From Candidatus Pyrohabitans jungbluthii (GTDB lineage: Archaea > Hydrothermarchaeota > Hydrothermarchaeia > Hydrothermarchaeales > BMS3B), in assembly GCA_002010065.2 (NCBI GenBank), contig MTMD02000014.1, forward strand, positions 32,001 through 96,000: a DNA stretch of 64,000 nucleotides, given 5' to 3'. The notes beneath the pieces are model-generated. The model searched no databases. It saw only the letters and a list, made by a program, of their open reading frames with translations, and was not told where the DNA came from. The position numbers were made by a program, and so were the translations under genes. Shown here piece by piece: positions 54,961 through 64,000 of the stretch. Positions within the stretch are counted from its first letter, which is position 1. Each line of letters opens with the position of its first letter.

Positions 54961-55377
54961 ATGGCAAATGAGTGTGAGGAATATGTAAAGGAGAAGATGA
55001 AGATAGTACCCAGGTTTTTGAAGCCAATCTGCCAGGTGCACCCCGAGGCTGCGAAGCGCTTCGCAGACTTCTATGAAACGATTTTCGGCGATGGCGCGCT
55101 GGACAGGAAGACAAAAGAGCTTATTTTTACTGCGATAGGCGTTGCCACGGCTTCACCTCGCTGCATAGTCCACGTTATCCCTGCGATTGAGGCTGGGGCA
55201 ACAGACGAGGAGATTCTCGAGGCTGTGGCGGTGGGCTTCGTAGGTGCAGGATTCTATCCAAATAACCCCGGTATCCCCTACTGTTTCGAGTATGCCGCCA
55301 AGGTGCTCGAAATAGCGCAGAAGTACAGAAAGGGCGAGGACTGGGAGTACCTCAAGCCTCCAGAGTTCAGGGGCTAA
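54961..55377 (+). CDS. Carboxymuconolactone decarboxylase/AhpD-family protein
   Basis: DGALDRKTKELI...SPRCIVH...AGATDEEILEA. Confidence 0.88.
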   Translation: MANECEEYVKEKMKIVPRFLKPICQVHPEAAKRFADFYETIFGDGALDRKTKELIFTAIGVATASPRCIVHVIPAIEAGATDEEILEAVAVGFVGAGFYPNNPGIPYCFEYAAKVLEIAQKYRKGEDWEYLKPPEFRG

Positions 55378-55382
55378 GCCCC

Positions 55383-55631
55383 TTATCTTTTCTTTTCCGG
55401 CAGCGTGTATTTTCCCTTTTTGAGATACTTTCTTACCACGTAGGGCATGTACCTGCACTCCCCACAGTGCTCGCCGAAGTCGTTTTCTCCAGGGCAGAGC
55501 TCACCTCCCATGTAGTTCAGCGTTACCTCTCCTTCGTGCACCTCCACCTTCTCCATGGGGTCGAGGAAGAAAGATTTGATAACCTCAAGGTCTTCTTCGC
55601 TCACCTCTAATAGTTTAACTCTGCACAGCAT
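55383..55631 (-). CDS. Small Cys-containing hypothetical protein
   Basis: 82 aa with C and CGEC; GGAGG RBS upstream. Confidence 0.6.
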   Translation of the reverse strand: MLCRVKLLEVSEEDLEVIKSFFLDPMEKVEVHEGEVTLNYMGGELCPGENDFGEHCGECRYMPYVVRKYLKKGKYTLPEKKR

Positions 55632-55642
55632 ACTCACGCCTC

Positions 55643-56896
55643 CTAAAGAAAGCTTACCGCGTACTGGAGCACGTCGTTGCACTTAACGCCGCTCTTAAAC
55701 GCGCGCCATTCTTTGCCGTAGGGCTCTGGAAGGCGCCTCGCCACGTACATCGCATAGCACGCGGGACAGTTCATGAGCAGCGTCTCAGCACCAGTGCGCT
55801 CTGCATCGCGTAAAAAGAGCTTGCCTATCTCCAGGGCAACCTCCGGCCTTGCTCCGCGTATTCCCCCGCCAGCGCCGCAGCACTTTGTCAGCCTTCCGTG
55901 GCGCTCAAGCTCGACCAGCTCCACCCCGGGCAGGTGTTGTATTACTGTGCGAGGCTCCTCGTATATGCGGGGTCCGCGAAAGCCTCGTGTAAGCTGACAG
56001 GGGTCGTGGTAGGTAACCTTTTCTTTTCTTTCTTTTGTAAACTTGAGCCTGCCATCCTCAACAGCTTCGGCTATTATCTGGGTAATGTGGAGCACCTCAA
56101 AGGGAAGCTTCCCTGCATAGCCTCGCCACACTTCGCGAATCTGCTGAAGGCAGCATGGGCAGCTCACTGCAAGCGTGGCTATGCCCTTCTCCTCGAGCTT
56201 GGCGATATTGTTCTCCACCAGCTCTTCCTGAAGCTCCCACATGCCAGCGACGGCGAGGGGCCAGCCGCAGCACCAGGCTTGAGAAGCTTCCAGAAGTGTG
56301 AATTCTATGCCTGCCGCATTGAGCAGGCGAACCGCTGCCTCTGCCATCGCAGGCGCATCCCAGGCGACGCCACACCCCTCGAAGTAGCAGAGCTCTGCGC
56401 TCTCGGCCACCTTCACCTCTGGCGGTAGCCAGATTTTGTAGCGCAGCTCGAGAGGTGAGGGAAATATGCTGTGGTGCTTCCTTGCGTTTTCCAGCAGCTT
56501 GGGCAGCGTGCCTGGCGCGGAGTAGCCCATGCCCACAAGCTCTTTTCGCATAGCCCACCAGAGCTTCTGCGTGTCGATGCCCACCTCGCAGGTTTCGCCG
56601 CAGGCGCCGCAGGTGGTGCAGGCGTAGAGTGCGTCGAGGAAGCGGATAACCTCCTCCTCCGCAGGCTTTTTTGCTCCCAGAAGCTTCGCCCTTAAGCCGT
56701 GCACCGCCTCAATGAAGCCCTTATACTCGGCTATCTTCGCGGGCGGCGAGATGTCGCGATTCTGCGTTGTCTCCTGAACAACGCACGCGTCGAAGCAAGC
56801 GCCGCAGCGCACACACGCTTCAAGCTCCAGCATCTGCTTCCGGGTAAGCTGGGTGAGAAAATCTTTCTTAGGCAAAGCCCGTGCTTTCTCCAGCAT
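55643..56896 (-). CDS. HdrD/GlcF-like Fe-S oxidoreductase with CCG domains
   Basis: CVRCGAC, CTTCGAC, FEGC, CCG, YHDPC, CCGAGGG and CPAC motifs. Confidence 0.9.
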   Translation of the reverse strand: MLEKARALPKKDFLTQLTRKQMLELEACVRCGACFDACVVQETTQNRDISPPAKIAEYKGFIEAVHGLRAKLLGAKKPAEEEVIRFLDALYACTTCGACGETCEVGIDTQKLWWAMRKELVGMGYSAPGTLPKLLENARKHHSIFPSPLELRYKIWLPPEVKVAESAELCYFEGCGVAWDAPAMAEAAVRLLNAAGIEFTLLEASQAWCCGWPLAVAGMWELQEELVENNIAKLEEKGIATLAVSCPCCLQQIREVWRGYAGKLPFEVLHITQIIAEAVEDGRLKFTKERKEKVTYHDPCQLTRGFRGPRIYEEPRTVIQHLPGVELVELERHGRLTKCCGAGGGIRGARPEVALEIGKLFLRDAERTGAETLLMNCPACYAMYVARRLPEPYGKEWRAFKSGVKCNDVLQYAVSFL

Positions 56897-57055
56897 GGTA
56901 TAATTTATACGGTTGTGATATAAAAAGATAAACCGTGGTATTTATAAAGGGAAAACTAAACTGGGCTCCCTGGAAATCGAAGTTGTGGAATTTTCAGAAA
57001 CAGAGAAGGTGGAATACTGGGAATGTGAAAAATGCTTCGCTGGAGATTAAAAGCT

Positions 57056-57295
57056 TTAATTGAGCTTTTTAATCAGGTAGATAATCCTCTCTCCTTCGTC
57101 TCTCACCTCCAGCAGCTCATTTCCTGTTCTCTTCACGCACGCTGGGATGTCTGTTTTCGAGGCTTTATCTGTGGCTATTACCATCAGCACCTCTCCTGGG
57201 CGCATTTTCTTCAGCGCATTTCTTGCTTTAAGTACAGGCTGCGGGCACACAGCGCCGCTAACATCCAGCACCACATCCGCCTTTACTTCAGCCAT
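57056..57295 (-). CDS. tusA: TusA-family sulfur carrier
   Basis: LDVSGAVCPQPVLKA motif. Confidence 0.92.
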   Translation of the reverse strand: MAEVKADVVLDVSGAVCPQPVLKARNALKKMRPGEVLMVIATDKASKTDIPACVKRTGNELLEVRDEGERIIYLIKKLN

Positions 57296-57299
57296 AACA

Positions 57300-57668
57300 T
57301 CACCCCAGTGAGATAACATTATTTGCCTCAAGTGCCAGGTCTATGAGCGTCGCCGCCCCAGAAACCTTCGCTTCGTCGATAAGGTCTTCCTCCTTGATTC
57401 CCTTCACCTTCATTGTCTGCTCGCACACCAGTATCTCTACGCCGGCTTCGATGGCTTCCTCTAGGCGCTGCTTTATCGTTGGTACGCCCGGCTTTGCCTC
57501 CTCTTTATCCAGGGCGCCCTTGACCATTATCTCAGCGCCCTCCTGAACGCAGAAGAGTATGGTCTCAACGTCCATTGCAGCGCTTATAGAAGCGAACATG
57601 AGCGTTGCGCGGGTAACGCCGGGTGAGTTGAAGCCCGTGGTTAAGACGAAGACCAGCTTGTCTCCCAT
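57300..57668 (-). CDS. DsrE-family sulfur relay protein
   Basis: LFCVQEGA, AGVEILVCEQ and VSGAATL motifs. Confidence 0.88.
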   Translation of the reverse strand: MGDKLVFVLTTGFNSPGVTRATLMFASISAAMDVETILFCVQEGAEIMVKGALDKEEAKPGVPTIKQRLEEAIEAGVEILVCEQTMKVKGIKEEDLIDEAKVSGAATLIDLALEANNVISLG

Positions 57669-57700
57669 TGAAACCACCTGCAAAAAAGTAAAAAGGGGGT

Positions 57701-58234
57701 TTATACTGTGCGCCTGCTTTCCAGCGTTACCTCCACGTTGACAGGGTTGCGCAAGGTACTACCCACAGGCGAGGTTTTCACAACGTCTTCGTGAAGCTTC
57801 TGAAGCTCTTCCTTGCTCACAGGCGTCTTGGTCTTGAGGAACACCCTGGCGCGGACGTTGGTAAACCCTGGCCACACCTTCTCAGGCGGCTCAAGGGCAA
57901 GGAAGCCTGGAAGATCTATATCACCCTCAACTTCAACCTCAACCTTCGCAAGCTCTATTCCGCGAACAGCGGCGTTCATAACGTAGCCCACAATTAGGCA
58001 GGCGCCGAAGGCACCGAGAACGAACTCCACCATGTTGGGCGCAGTGTTTGTGCCTCCTAGGTCAAGGGGCTCGTCCATTCTTATGGTGAAGTCCCTTATT
58101 CTCACCTCTTCCTTGAAGCCTCCCTTCCACTTGGCGCTGGCGCGCCACAGAGTCTTTCCGAGCTCAGGGTTTGCCTTTACTGTCTCCACCACCTTCTGGA
58201 GGTACTCCACATCCAGGCCGTTCACAACTTTCAT
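57701..58234 (-). CDS. OsmC-family protein
   Basis: DEPLDLGGTNTAPN..E...GAC...SPV. Confidence 0.88.
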   Translation of the reverse strand: MKVVNGLDVEYLQKVVETVKANPELGKTLWRASAKWKGGFKEEVRIRDFTIRMDEPLDLGGTNTAPNMVEFVLGAFGACLIVGYVMNAAVRGIELAKVEVEVEGDIDLPGFLALEPPEKVWPGFTNVRARVFLKTKTPVSKEELQKLHEDVVKTSPVGSTLRNPVNVEVTLESRRTV

Positions 58235-58307
58235 TCTCAACACCTCAGGTAAAAATGCGCTAACCAGATATGATAAAAAAAGTGGCAGAAAAAGGGTCAA
58301 AACATGG

Positions 58308-59864
58308 TTAGAATATAAGCCGCTTTCCCTTCTCACTCACGCTGAGGAACTTGTTCCTCCCCGCTCTTTCCTCCACAAGCAAACCTTTGCCAAGCAGGAT
58401 TTTCACTCTCTTCCGTGCTGTGGTGCGGGTAACGCCCAGCTTCCTGGTTACGTCCTTGTACGAGGGCTTTACTCCTTTAAGGTTTTGCTCATGAACAAAG
58501 CTAAGAAGGGCGTAAAGTTCTTCGGTGAGCTCCGCCTCCCCTTTAACTCCAACAGCCCTGGTCTCCTTCTCCAATAGGTTTGCCTCCCTCTCATCCAGCG
58601 TCGCAGGATCCACGGAAATCAGGATCACCGCCCTGCTCAGGTATGCTAAGTCACGAAGCTTCTGAAGCAGAGCAAGCGCCGAGCGGAAGCCCCATAGGGT
58701 TATCAGGTAATCAAACCTATCTACCAAGACGACGCTTGTCCTTGTCACAAACTCCCGAATTCTGGTTTCTACAACCTCAGGCTCGGGCTTAATTGTGTCC
58801 TCTCCTTCGCCATACTCGCTGAGCCAGTAGCAGGCAACGCCTTCGCCAAAAATTCGCCTTGCCTCTGCCACTGGTAGCCTGGAAAGCACCATCCCCTTAA
58901 AGCCGCAGTTAATCATATCCCTGAGGATGCTCCTGCTCCTCTCATAGTTTTTCTCCTTCACAAGGTAGAGATTGCCCCTCTTTATGTCGTAGGAGAGCAT
59001 CCTCTCCATCAGCTTCTCCTGCTCCCTCTTCATATCGGTTATATCCACGAGCACATAGAGGGTGCCTCCCGCACCGCGAAGCGGAGAGGCGCTGACAAGC
59101 AGGTGCACCTCTTTCCCCGACTTTTTCTTGAAGTTTATCTCATACCTGTCCTGGGAGTGTCTCTCCAGCCCCGGAAGCACGAAATCGGCGCGCTTTCCAA
59201 CAACCTCATCCCTTTTGTAACCAGTAAGCCTTTCAAACACAGGATTAACAAAGGTTATAAAGCCCTCTGCATCCACTATCACAACGCCTTCTTCCATAGA
59301 TTGAATTATGTTCTCGTTGAACCTCTTGAGTTCCTCCATTTTTTTGAAGAGTCTTGAGTTTCTAATAGCTATAGCAGCATGACTGGCGAAAATCGTGAGC
59401 AGCTTTAAATCTTTGTCTGTAAAACCACCTCCACCAGCCTTGCCGAAGGCAGCAAGCCCGCCGATTATCTTTCCCTTAAAAACAAGCGGCACAACTATGG
59501 CTTCGTTTACATTCAGCTTTTTCACCAGCTCCCTGTTAATCCTGTTGTCGCTCCACAGCGAATTGGTTAGTATCGGCTTGCGATGCTTCACAACCCAGGC
59601 GCAAAGCCCGCCTTCGCTCATCGGCAGACTCATACCCTTCAGCAGATCTCTGTTCTTCCCCGCCGCCTCCTCGTAGGTTATGGTTGAGCGGTCCTCGCTG
59701 ATAACTGGAATTGCCACGGTCTCGGCATTGATGAGCATCCTCGCCTTCTCTGTTATAAGCCGGAAAACCTCCCGCGTATCCAACTCACTCAAAATAGCCA
59801 TGCACACTTCCTGAAGGGCGACAAGCTCGAGGTCACCCTCCACTCTATCAATCATCTGAATCAT
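58308..59864 (-). CDS. GAF-PAS-DUF835-like-wHTH sensor/regulator
   Basis: GAF (VPLVFKGKIIG, FTDKDLKLL), PAS (ITFVNPVFERLTGY), DUF835-like region (VVLVDRFDYLI), C-terminal HTH. Confidence 0.8.
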   Translation of the reverse strand: MIQMIDRVEGDLELVALQEVCMAILSELDTREVFRLITEKARMLINAETVAIPVISEDRSTITYEEAAGKNRDLLKGMSLPMSEGGLCAWVVKHRKPILTNSLWSDNRINRELVKKLNVNEAIVVPLVFKGKIIGGLAAFGKAGGGGFTDKDLKLLTIFASHAAIAIRNSRLFKKMEELKRFNENIIQSMEEGVVIVDAEGFITFVNPVFERLTGYKRDEVVGKRADFVLPGLERHSQDRYEINFKKKSGKEVHLLVSASPLRGAGGTLYVLVDITDMKREQEKLMERMLSYDIKRGNLYLVKEKNYERSRSILRDMINCGFKGMVLSRLPVAEARRIFGEGVACYWLSEYGEGEDTIKPEPEVVETRIREFVTRTSVVLVDRFDYLITLWGFRSALALLQKLRDLAYLSRAVILISVDPATLDEREANLLEKETRAVGVKGEAELTEELYALLSFVHEQNLKGVKPSYKDVTRKLGVTRTTARKRVKILLGKGLLVEERAGRNKFLSVSEKGKRLIF

Positions 59865-60868
59865 GAGCCCAAACTCTTCACAGTCTCAACCATGGCGCGA
59901 AGGTTCCTATTTGGCGTTAGCGGCGAGATGGCGCACCCCGGGGCGATTATGTCTATACCCGCCTCTATAGCTCGCTTCGTCTCGGCAATCACCTCCTCGG
60001 GGGTGCCAAAGGCTAGGGCGTAGACAGTGTCGATGTTGCCCATAATAGACGCCTTACCTCTGGATACCTCCACAGCATGCCTGGCGTCGGTCTTGGAATC
60101 TATGCTCAGGCAGGTGGCGCCGGTTTCTATCATCTTATCTATAATCTTCGTGCCATCGCCGCAGATGTGGAGAATCGTCGGGCCTTTAATCTTTCGTATA
60201 AGCTCACGGTCGAAGGGCTGGGCAAAGTTAACATAACCCTTGACACCCATAATATCCACAGAGGCAAACATGTTCTCTATTACAATTGCATCCGCGCCGT
60301 GCTCCAGCATGGCGTTGGCATACTCTGCTATCGCCTCAAGGCCAAGGTTTGTGAACTCCTTGACAATCACCGGGTTCTTTATGGACATCTTCAGAATCTT
60401 CTCCATGTTCGCAAGGTGGGCTGCGAGGGAGAAGGGGCCTATTACGTGTCCCATTATTGGCACCTCATCTCCGTACTCCTCCTTGAGAATCTCTATCGCT
60501 TCCAGCACCACCGGAATCCTTCCCCGCTCCAGAAAGTTCTCCGGCACCTCAACACCCTCTGGTGTTGAATAGCCTTTGAAGGGCGCCTCTGGGATGTCTG
60601 TCTTTCTCTTGCCCCACTTCACCTCAAGCCCGAAAATCTCAGCTTCTACCGTCTGGCAAAATGGGACGCCTATGCCTTCCAGACCAACCTGCTCCCAGGC
60701 AGCGGCAGCTAGTTTTGCCATCTTGCGTGCGTCGCGGTAGGCGTCTGGGAAGTATATTCCCAGCTTGTCCATCTGTTCTATGGTTGCTGTCTGGTTTGGA
60801 GAAGTCACAGGCGGGCGGTCAACCTTTTTAAGATGCAGGGCCTTGAGGAATCTTTCCCTCGGTGTCAT
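59861..60868 (-). CDS. MtaA/CmuA-family methyltransferase
   Basis: MTPRERF, VPFCQTVEAE, GRIPVVLEAI, GPFS, LHICG and APGC motifs. Confidence 0.92.
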   Translation of the reverse strand: MTPRERFLKALHLKKVDRPPVTSPNQTATIEQMDKLGIYFPDAYRDARKMAKLAAAAWEQVGLEGIGVPFCQTVEAEIFGLEVKWGKRKTDIPEAPFKGYSTPEGVEVPENFLERGRIPVVLEAIEILKEEYGDEVPIMGHVIGPFSLAAHLANMEKILKMSIKNPVIVKEFTNLGLEAIAEYANAMLEHGADAIVIENMFASVDIMGVKGYVNFAQPFDRELIRKIKGPTILHICGDGTKIIDKMIETGATCLSIDSKTDARHAVEVSRGKASIMGNIDTVYALAFGTPEEVIAETKRAIEAGIDIIAPGCAISPLTPNRNLRAMVETVKSLGS

Positions 60869-60880
60869 GTCAATCCTCCA

Positions 60881-61378
60881 CTACTCGCAGAACAGTTTCT
60901 TAAGAACATCATCACTGTAGTTCACAAGCAGCCTTTTCTCCTCCTTAATAGTGGAAGCCACGAAGTGGGTGCCTGTCTTAACCACCCCGTCTATGGCGTG
61001 CATCTCGCGGAGGATTCTCTTCAAATCTTCCCTGTCTTTAGCTTTGGCAATGACGATGAAGTCAAAGTCGCCAAGCACATAATAAACAGTAAAAACGCCT
61101 GAGATGGAAGCGAGTTTCTCCCCTATCTCCTCTGCAGTGGTGTTCTCATAACTGACGTTCACAAAGGTGACGGCGGTCATGTCCAGACCCAAAACCTGGG
61201 GGTCAAGCTCAACAAAGGTGCCCTTAATAAGTCCCATCTTCTCAAACTTCTTCAGCCTGTAGTGCACCGTCGAGCGGCTTATGCTTGTGCGCTTTGATAT
61301 CTCATCGAGGTTGCAGCTTCCATCCTCGTCGATGCATCTGAGTATTTTAATATCCTTCTCTTCAAGCTTTACGGACAT
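60881..61378 (-). CDS. Lrp/AsnC-family transcriptional regulator
   Basis: N-terminal HTH (STVHYRLKKFE..G.IKG) and LGDFDF ligand-binding domain. Confidence 0.92.
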   Translation of the reverse strand: MSVKLEEKDIKILRCIDEDGSCNLDEISKRTSISRSTVHYRLKKFEKMGLIKGTFVELDPQVLGLDMTAVTFVNVSYENTTAEEIGEKLASISGVFTVYYVLGDFDFIVIAKAKDREDLKRILREMHAIDGVVKTGTHFVASTIKEEKRLLVNYSDDVLKKLFCE

Positions 61379-61443
61379 GATGTTTTATTGTTTTTTGTAT
61401 TACTATATATAAAATTAATGCAGAAGTTGGATATTTTTCAAAG

Positions 61444-61623
61444 TCACTCCTGGCGCTCGTCTCCTACCTTCATTCTGAGCACTCCCCAGTCCACCAGGAG
61501 CTTGGCTGCAGCATAGGTGTCCTCTGGCGAAAGGTTGAGCTCAGAGGCAAGCTCACACAGGTTTATGCTCTTCCGTTGGTGCATCGCCCTGAGTATCATC
61601 TTTACGGCGATGTCCTTTTGCAT
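61444..61623 (-). CDS. Small winged-helix-like hypothetical protein
   Basis: 59 aa, INLCELASELNLSPED...LVDWGVL. Confidence 0.5.
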   Translation of the reverse strand: MQKDIAVKMILRAMHQRKSINLCELASELNLSPEDTYAAAKLLVDWGVLRMKVGDERQE

Positions 61624-61710
61624 GATATACAATACTGATTTCAGATATATATACTTTATCCAAATAAGTAGCGAAATATTTAAATATAATCCAAACAATA
61701 TGGGTACGTG

Positions 61711-63021
61711 ATGAAAAGACGCCTGCTCACACTGATAGGCGGTATAGGTGTAGACGAAGACAGATGCATAGGGTGCGGAAACTGCGAGGCTGTGTGCCCA
61801 GGCAACTATGAACTCCTCTGCAGGGGTATAGAGGGGAGAGGCACTCTTGTGGTGAGGAATGGTGTCGCGAGTTTTGTCTCAGCCGAGTGCTGCCGCAGGG
61901 ACATACCCGAGAGCGCCTGCAGGCAGTGCTACGACGCCTGCCCAATGCGTGCGGTAATTTATCCTGATAGTGAGGGATTCCAGAGACTGGAAGCTGAGAT
62001 TATAAACGCTGGAAAATGCACCGGCTGCGGTGCATGCGCTGCTGTCTGCCCGGATAAAATTATAGAGATAAATGAATATCCTATACTCAGAGGCGAGTGC
62101 ATAAACTGCGGCTTTTGCCTAGTTCACTGCCCATCAATGCGGAGAGCGTCCACCAAGGGAGAGATCTCGCTCATAGACGAACCTCTTGGGGAGTACAGGA
62201 AGCTGGTGGCTGCAAGGGCTAGTGCAGCAAGAATCGCCAGCGTAGCTCAGGATGGCGGAATTGTTACTGCGCTTCTCACCTATGCGCTGAGGAAGGGCAT
62301 AATAGATGCTGCAGTAGTTGCGGTGAATAGTTCGCAGCCCTGGAAGCCTGTGCCACTGATAGCCTCAACTGAGGAGGAGATAATCGCTGGGGCAGGAACC
62401 AAATATACAAACTCTCCAACACTTGCGGCACTGAAAAAGGCCCGTGAAAGTGGTTTTAAAAAGCTCGGGATTGTGACGCTTCCCTGCCAGAGCAGAGCAC
62501 TTCAACGACTTGAAACTTCAGAACTTGGTAGGGAGCTTATGGACATTGTTGCCCTTAACATAAGCCTCTTCTGCAAGGCTAACCTCCACTACGCCGGGAT
62601 ACTTGAACTCTCACAAAAGTATGGATTCTCCCTCAATGAAGTGAAGAAGTTTGCAATCAAGGGCAAAAGTCTCTACGTGACAACGCCAGCTGGGGTTGTG
62701 GATATCCCACTTAAAGAAGCTCTGAGGTACTGCAGACCCGCATGCAAGTGCTGCGCTGACTTTACGTCGGTGCATGCGGATATCTCAGTTGGCGCGGTGG
62801 GCTCACCCAAAGAGTTCTCCACGGTAATTATCAGAACCAGGAAAGCTGAGGAAATATTTGAAAACATGGTAAAAGAGGGTATAATTGAGGTTAAAGAGGT
62901 TAATGATAAGGGTTTCAGCCTTTTGATGAAGCTTGCGGCTCAGAAAAGCAAAAATACTCAAAATCTCAGTGAGCCTGGAAAGGTGGTTGCAATGATGCGA
63001 GCAGGTGGTGGTGGCCATTAG
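61711..63021 (+). CDS. Coenzyme F420 hydrogenase/dehydrogenase beta subunit (FrhB/FdhB family) with ferredoxin domains
   Basis: AQDGGIVTALL, AGTKY, LPCQ, CKCCADF..HADISVGAVGSP; N-terminal CxxCxxC motifs. Confidence 0.9.
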   Translation: MKRRLLTLIGGIGVDEDRCIGCGNCEAVCPGNYELLCRGIEGRGTLVVRNGVASFVSAECCRRDIPESACRQCYDACPMRAVIYPDSEGFQRLEAEIINAGKCTGCGACAAVCPDKIIEINEYPILRGECINCGFCLVHCPSMRRASTKGEISLIDEPLGEYRKLVAARASAARIASVAQDGGIVTALLTYALRKGIIDAAVVAVNSSQPWKPVPLIASTEEEIIAGAGTKYTNSPTLAALKKARESGFKKLGIVTLPCQSRALQRLETSELGRELMDIVALNISLFCKANLHYAGILELSQKYGFSLNEVKKFAIKGKSLYVTTPAGVVDIPLKEALRYCRPACKCCADFTSVHADISVGAVGSPKEFSTVIIRTRKAEEIFENMVKEGIIEVKEVNDKGFSLLMKLAAQKSKNTQNLSEPGKVVAMMRAGGGGH

Positions 63022-63120
63022 GAAAAAATCTAAGTATTTCTGTGAATTATTGAAAATTGTATTGCTTACCAAAGAAAAATTTAAATATTGTATCAGGTAT
63101 ATGATAAGTGGGGTAGCAAC

Positions 63121-64000
63121 ATGACGCCGAAAGAGAGAGTGATGAACACACTGGAAAAGAAGGAAGTTGACCGCGTGCCAGTGTTCAGCGGAATGGGCAA
63201 CGTCACCGTGGCTGGGATGCAGAAGTACGGCATCGACTTTGCCTCGTCGCATGCGAATGCTGAGCAGATGGCAACGCTCGCGTGCTCTACCTACGAGCTT
63301 TTTGGATTTGAGTGTGCTGTCGTACCCTTCGACCTGTGCGTGGAAGCAGAGGCGCTGGGCTGCGAAGTGAACTTCTACGCTGGCAAGCAGAACATACTCT
63401 ATCCTACAATAAAGTCGAAGATTCTCAAGGTAGGTGAGGAGCTTCAGGTGCCTGAGAACCTGCTTGAGCGGGGCAGGATACCTCTGGTAAAGGAGGCAAT
63501 CTCGCTTTGCAAGGAGAAGCTCAACGGCGAGGTGGCGGTTGGAAGCTATATTCTCGGGCCATTTACACTTGCGGGGCAGATCCTCGACCTGAACGACCTC
63601 CTCAAGAGTTCATTTAAAAAGCCGAATGATGTCAAAGCTCTGCTGAGCCAGCTGGTTGAGCCGCTGGTTGATATAGCCAATGCATTCCACGAGGCTGGCG
63701 CTGACTATATAACAGTGCGCGAGATGGGAGCACCCAGCGACGTTATCTCGCCGCGCATGTTCAAGATGCTGGTGCAGCCATATCTCAAGGAAACCATCGC
63801 CGGCATAAAGGCGCCGACTATTCTGCACATGTGCGGCGACACCAACATGCTGGTGGAGATGCTCTATGAGTGCGGTGCAAATGCGATAAGCGTGGAGCAG
63901 AAGAACGACGTCGCTGCTACACGCCAGAAGCTTGGCGAGGAGGCGGTGATTCTGGGCAATCTGGATGCATATGGTGTCATAGTTAAGGGCACACCTGAGG
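63121..64000 (+). CDS. MtaA/CmuA-family methyltransferase (runs off the window end)
   Basis: Open frame from ATG 63121: MTPKERV, VPFDLCVEAEALG, GRIPLV, GPFT, LHMCG; not in the ORF track because it has no stop in the window. Confidence 0.88.
   Translation, partial: MTPKERVMNTLEKKEVDRVPVFSGMGNVTVAGMQKYGIDFASSHANAEQMATLACSTYELFGFECAVVPFDLCVEAEALGCEVNFYAGKQNILYPTIKSKILKVGEELQVPENLLERGRIPLVKEAISLCKEKLNGEVAVGSYILGPFTLAGQILDLNDLLKSSFKKPNDVKALLSQLVEPLVDIANAFHEAGADYITVREMGAPSDVISPRMFKMLVQPYLKETIAGIKAPTILHMCGDTNMLVEMLYECGANAISVEQKNDVAATRQKLGEEAVILGNLDAYGVIVKGTPE

Noticed and set aside
55643-63021. Evidence for methanogenesis (MtaA, HdrD-like and FrhB-like genes)
   Set aside because: No mcr or mtr genes are in the window, and these families are widespread in non-methanogens.
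1-64000. CRISPR array, rRNA, transposase or integrase
   Set aside because: No regularly spaced repeats, rRNA-like sequence or recombinase motifs were seen by eye.

Overview
Gene-dense 64 kb segment of an archaeal chromosome, visibly about 50% GC with AT-rich patches. The rpl18a-pfdA-ftsY order, LonB, an F420-dependent FrhB-family gene and a tRNA without encoded CCA point to a euryarchaeal-type organism; BpsA suggests a thermophile. Hydrothermarchaeota is a plausible but unverified guess. From left to right: (1) housekeeping genes and two TatA-family genes; (2) a Tat-exported, Cys-type formate dehydrogenase (FdhA, Fe-S subunit, NrfD anchor, FdhD) with a divergent HdrA-N/MvhD/polyferredoxin fusion and a TorD chaperone; (3) a cell-surface island at 11.7-20 kb, including a divergent paralog pair whose last 36 nt form a perfect inverted repeat; (4) a thiol-redox/CcdA/DUF1573/cytochrome c cluster; (5) RadC and a LigD-like primase-polymerase; (6) an AT-rich islet beside tRNA-Ile(GAT); (7) a lonB-tldD-pmbA-bpsA gene run; (8) a type I restriction-modification locus loaded with cargo: an HsdS with an in-frame PIN nuclease domain, a rhomboid protease, a HEPN protein, a Schlafen/AlbA_2 protein, an M48 peptidase and an HNH nuclease; (9) three MtaA/CmuA-family methyltransferases interleaved with TusA, DsrE, OsmC, AhpD, HdrD-like and FrhB-like genes. 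The best novelty candidates are the HsdS-PIN/rhomboid-armed RM system, the 36-bp inverted-repeat cassette and the methyl/sulfur-relay cluster. All calls come from reading motifs by eye; no database searches were run.
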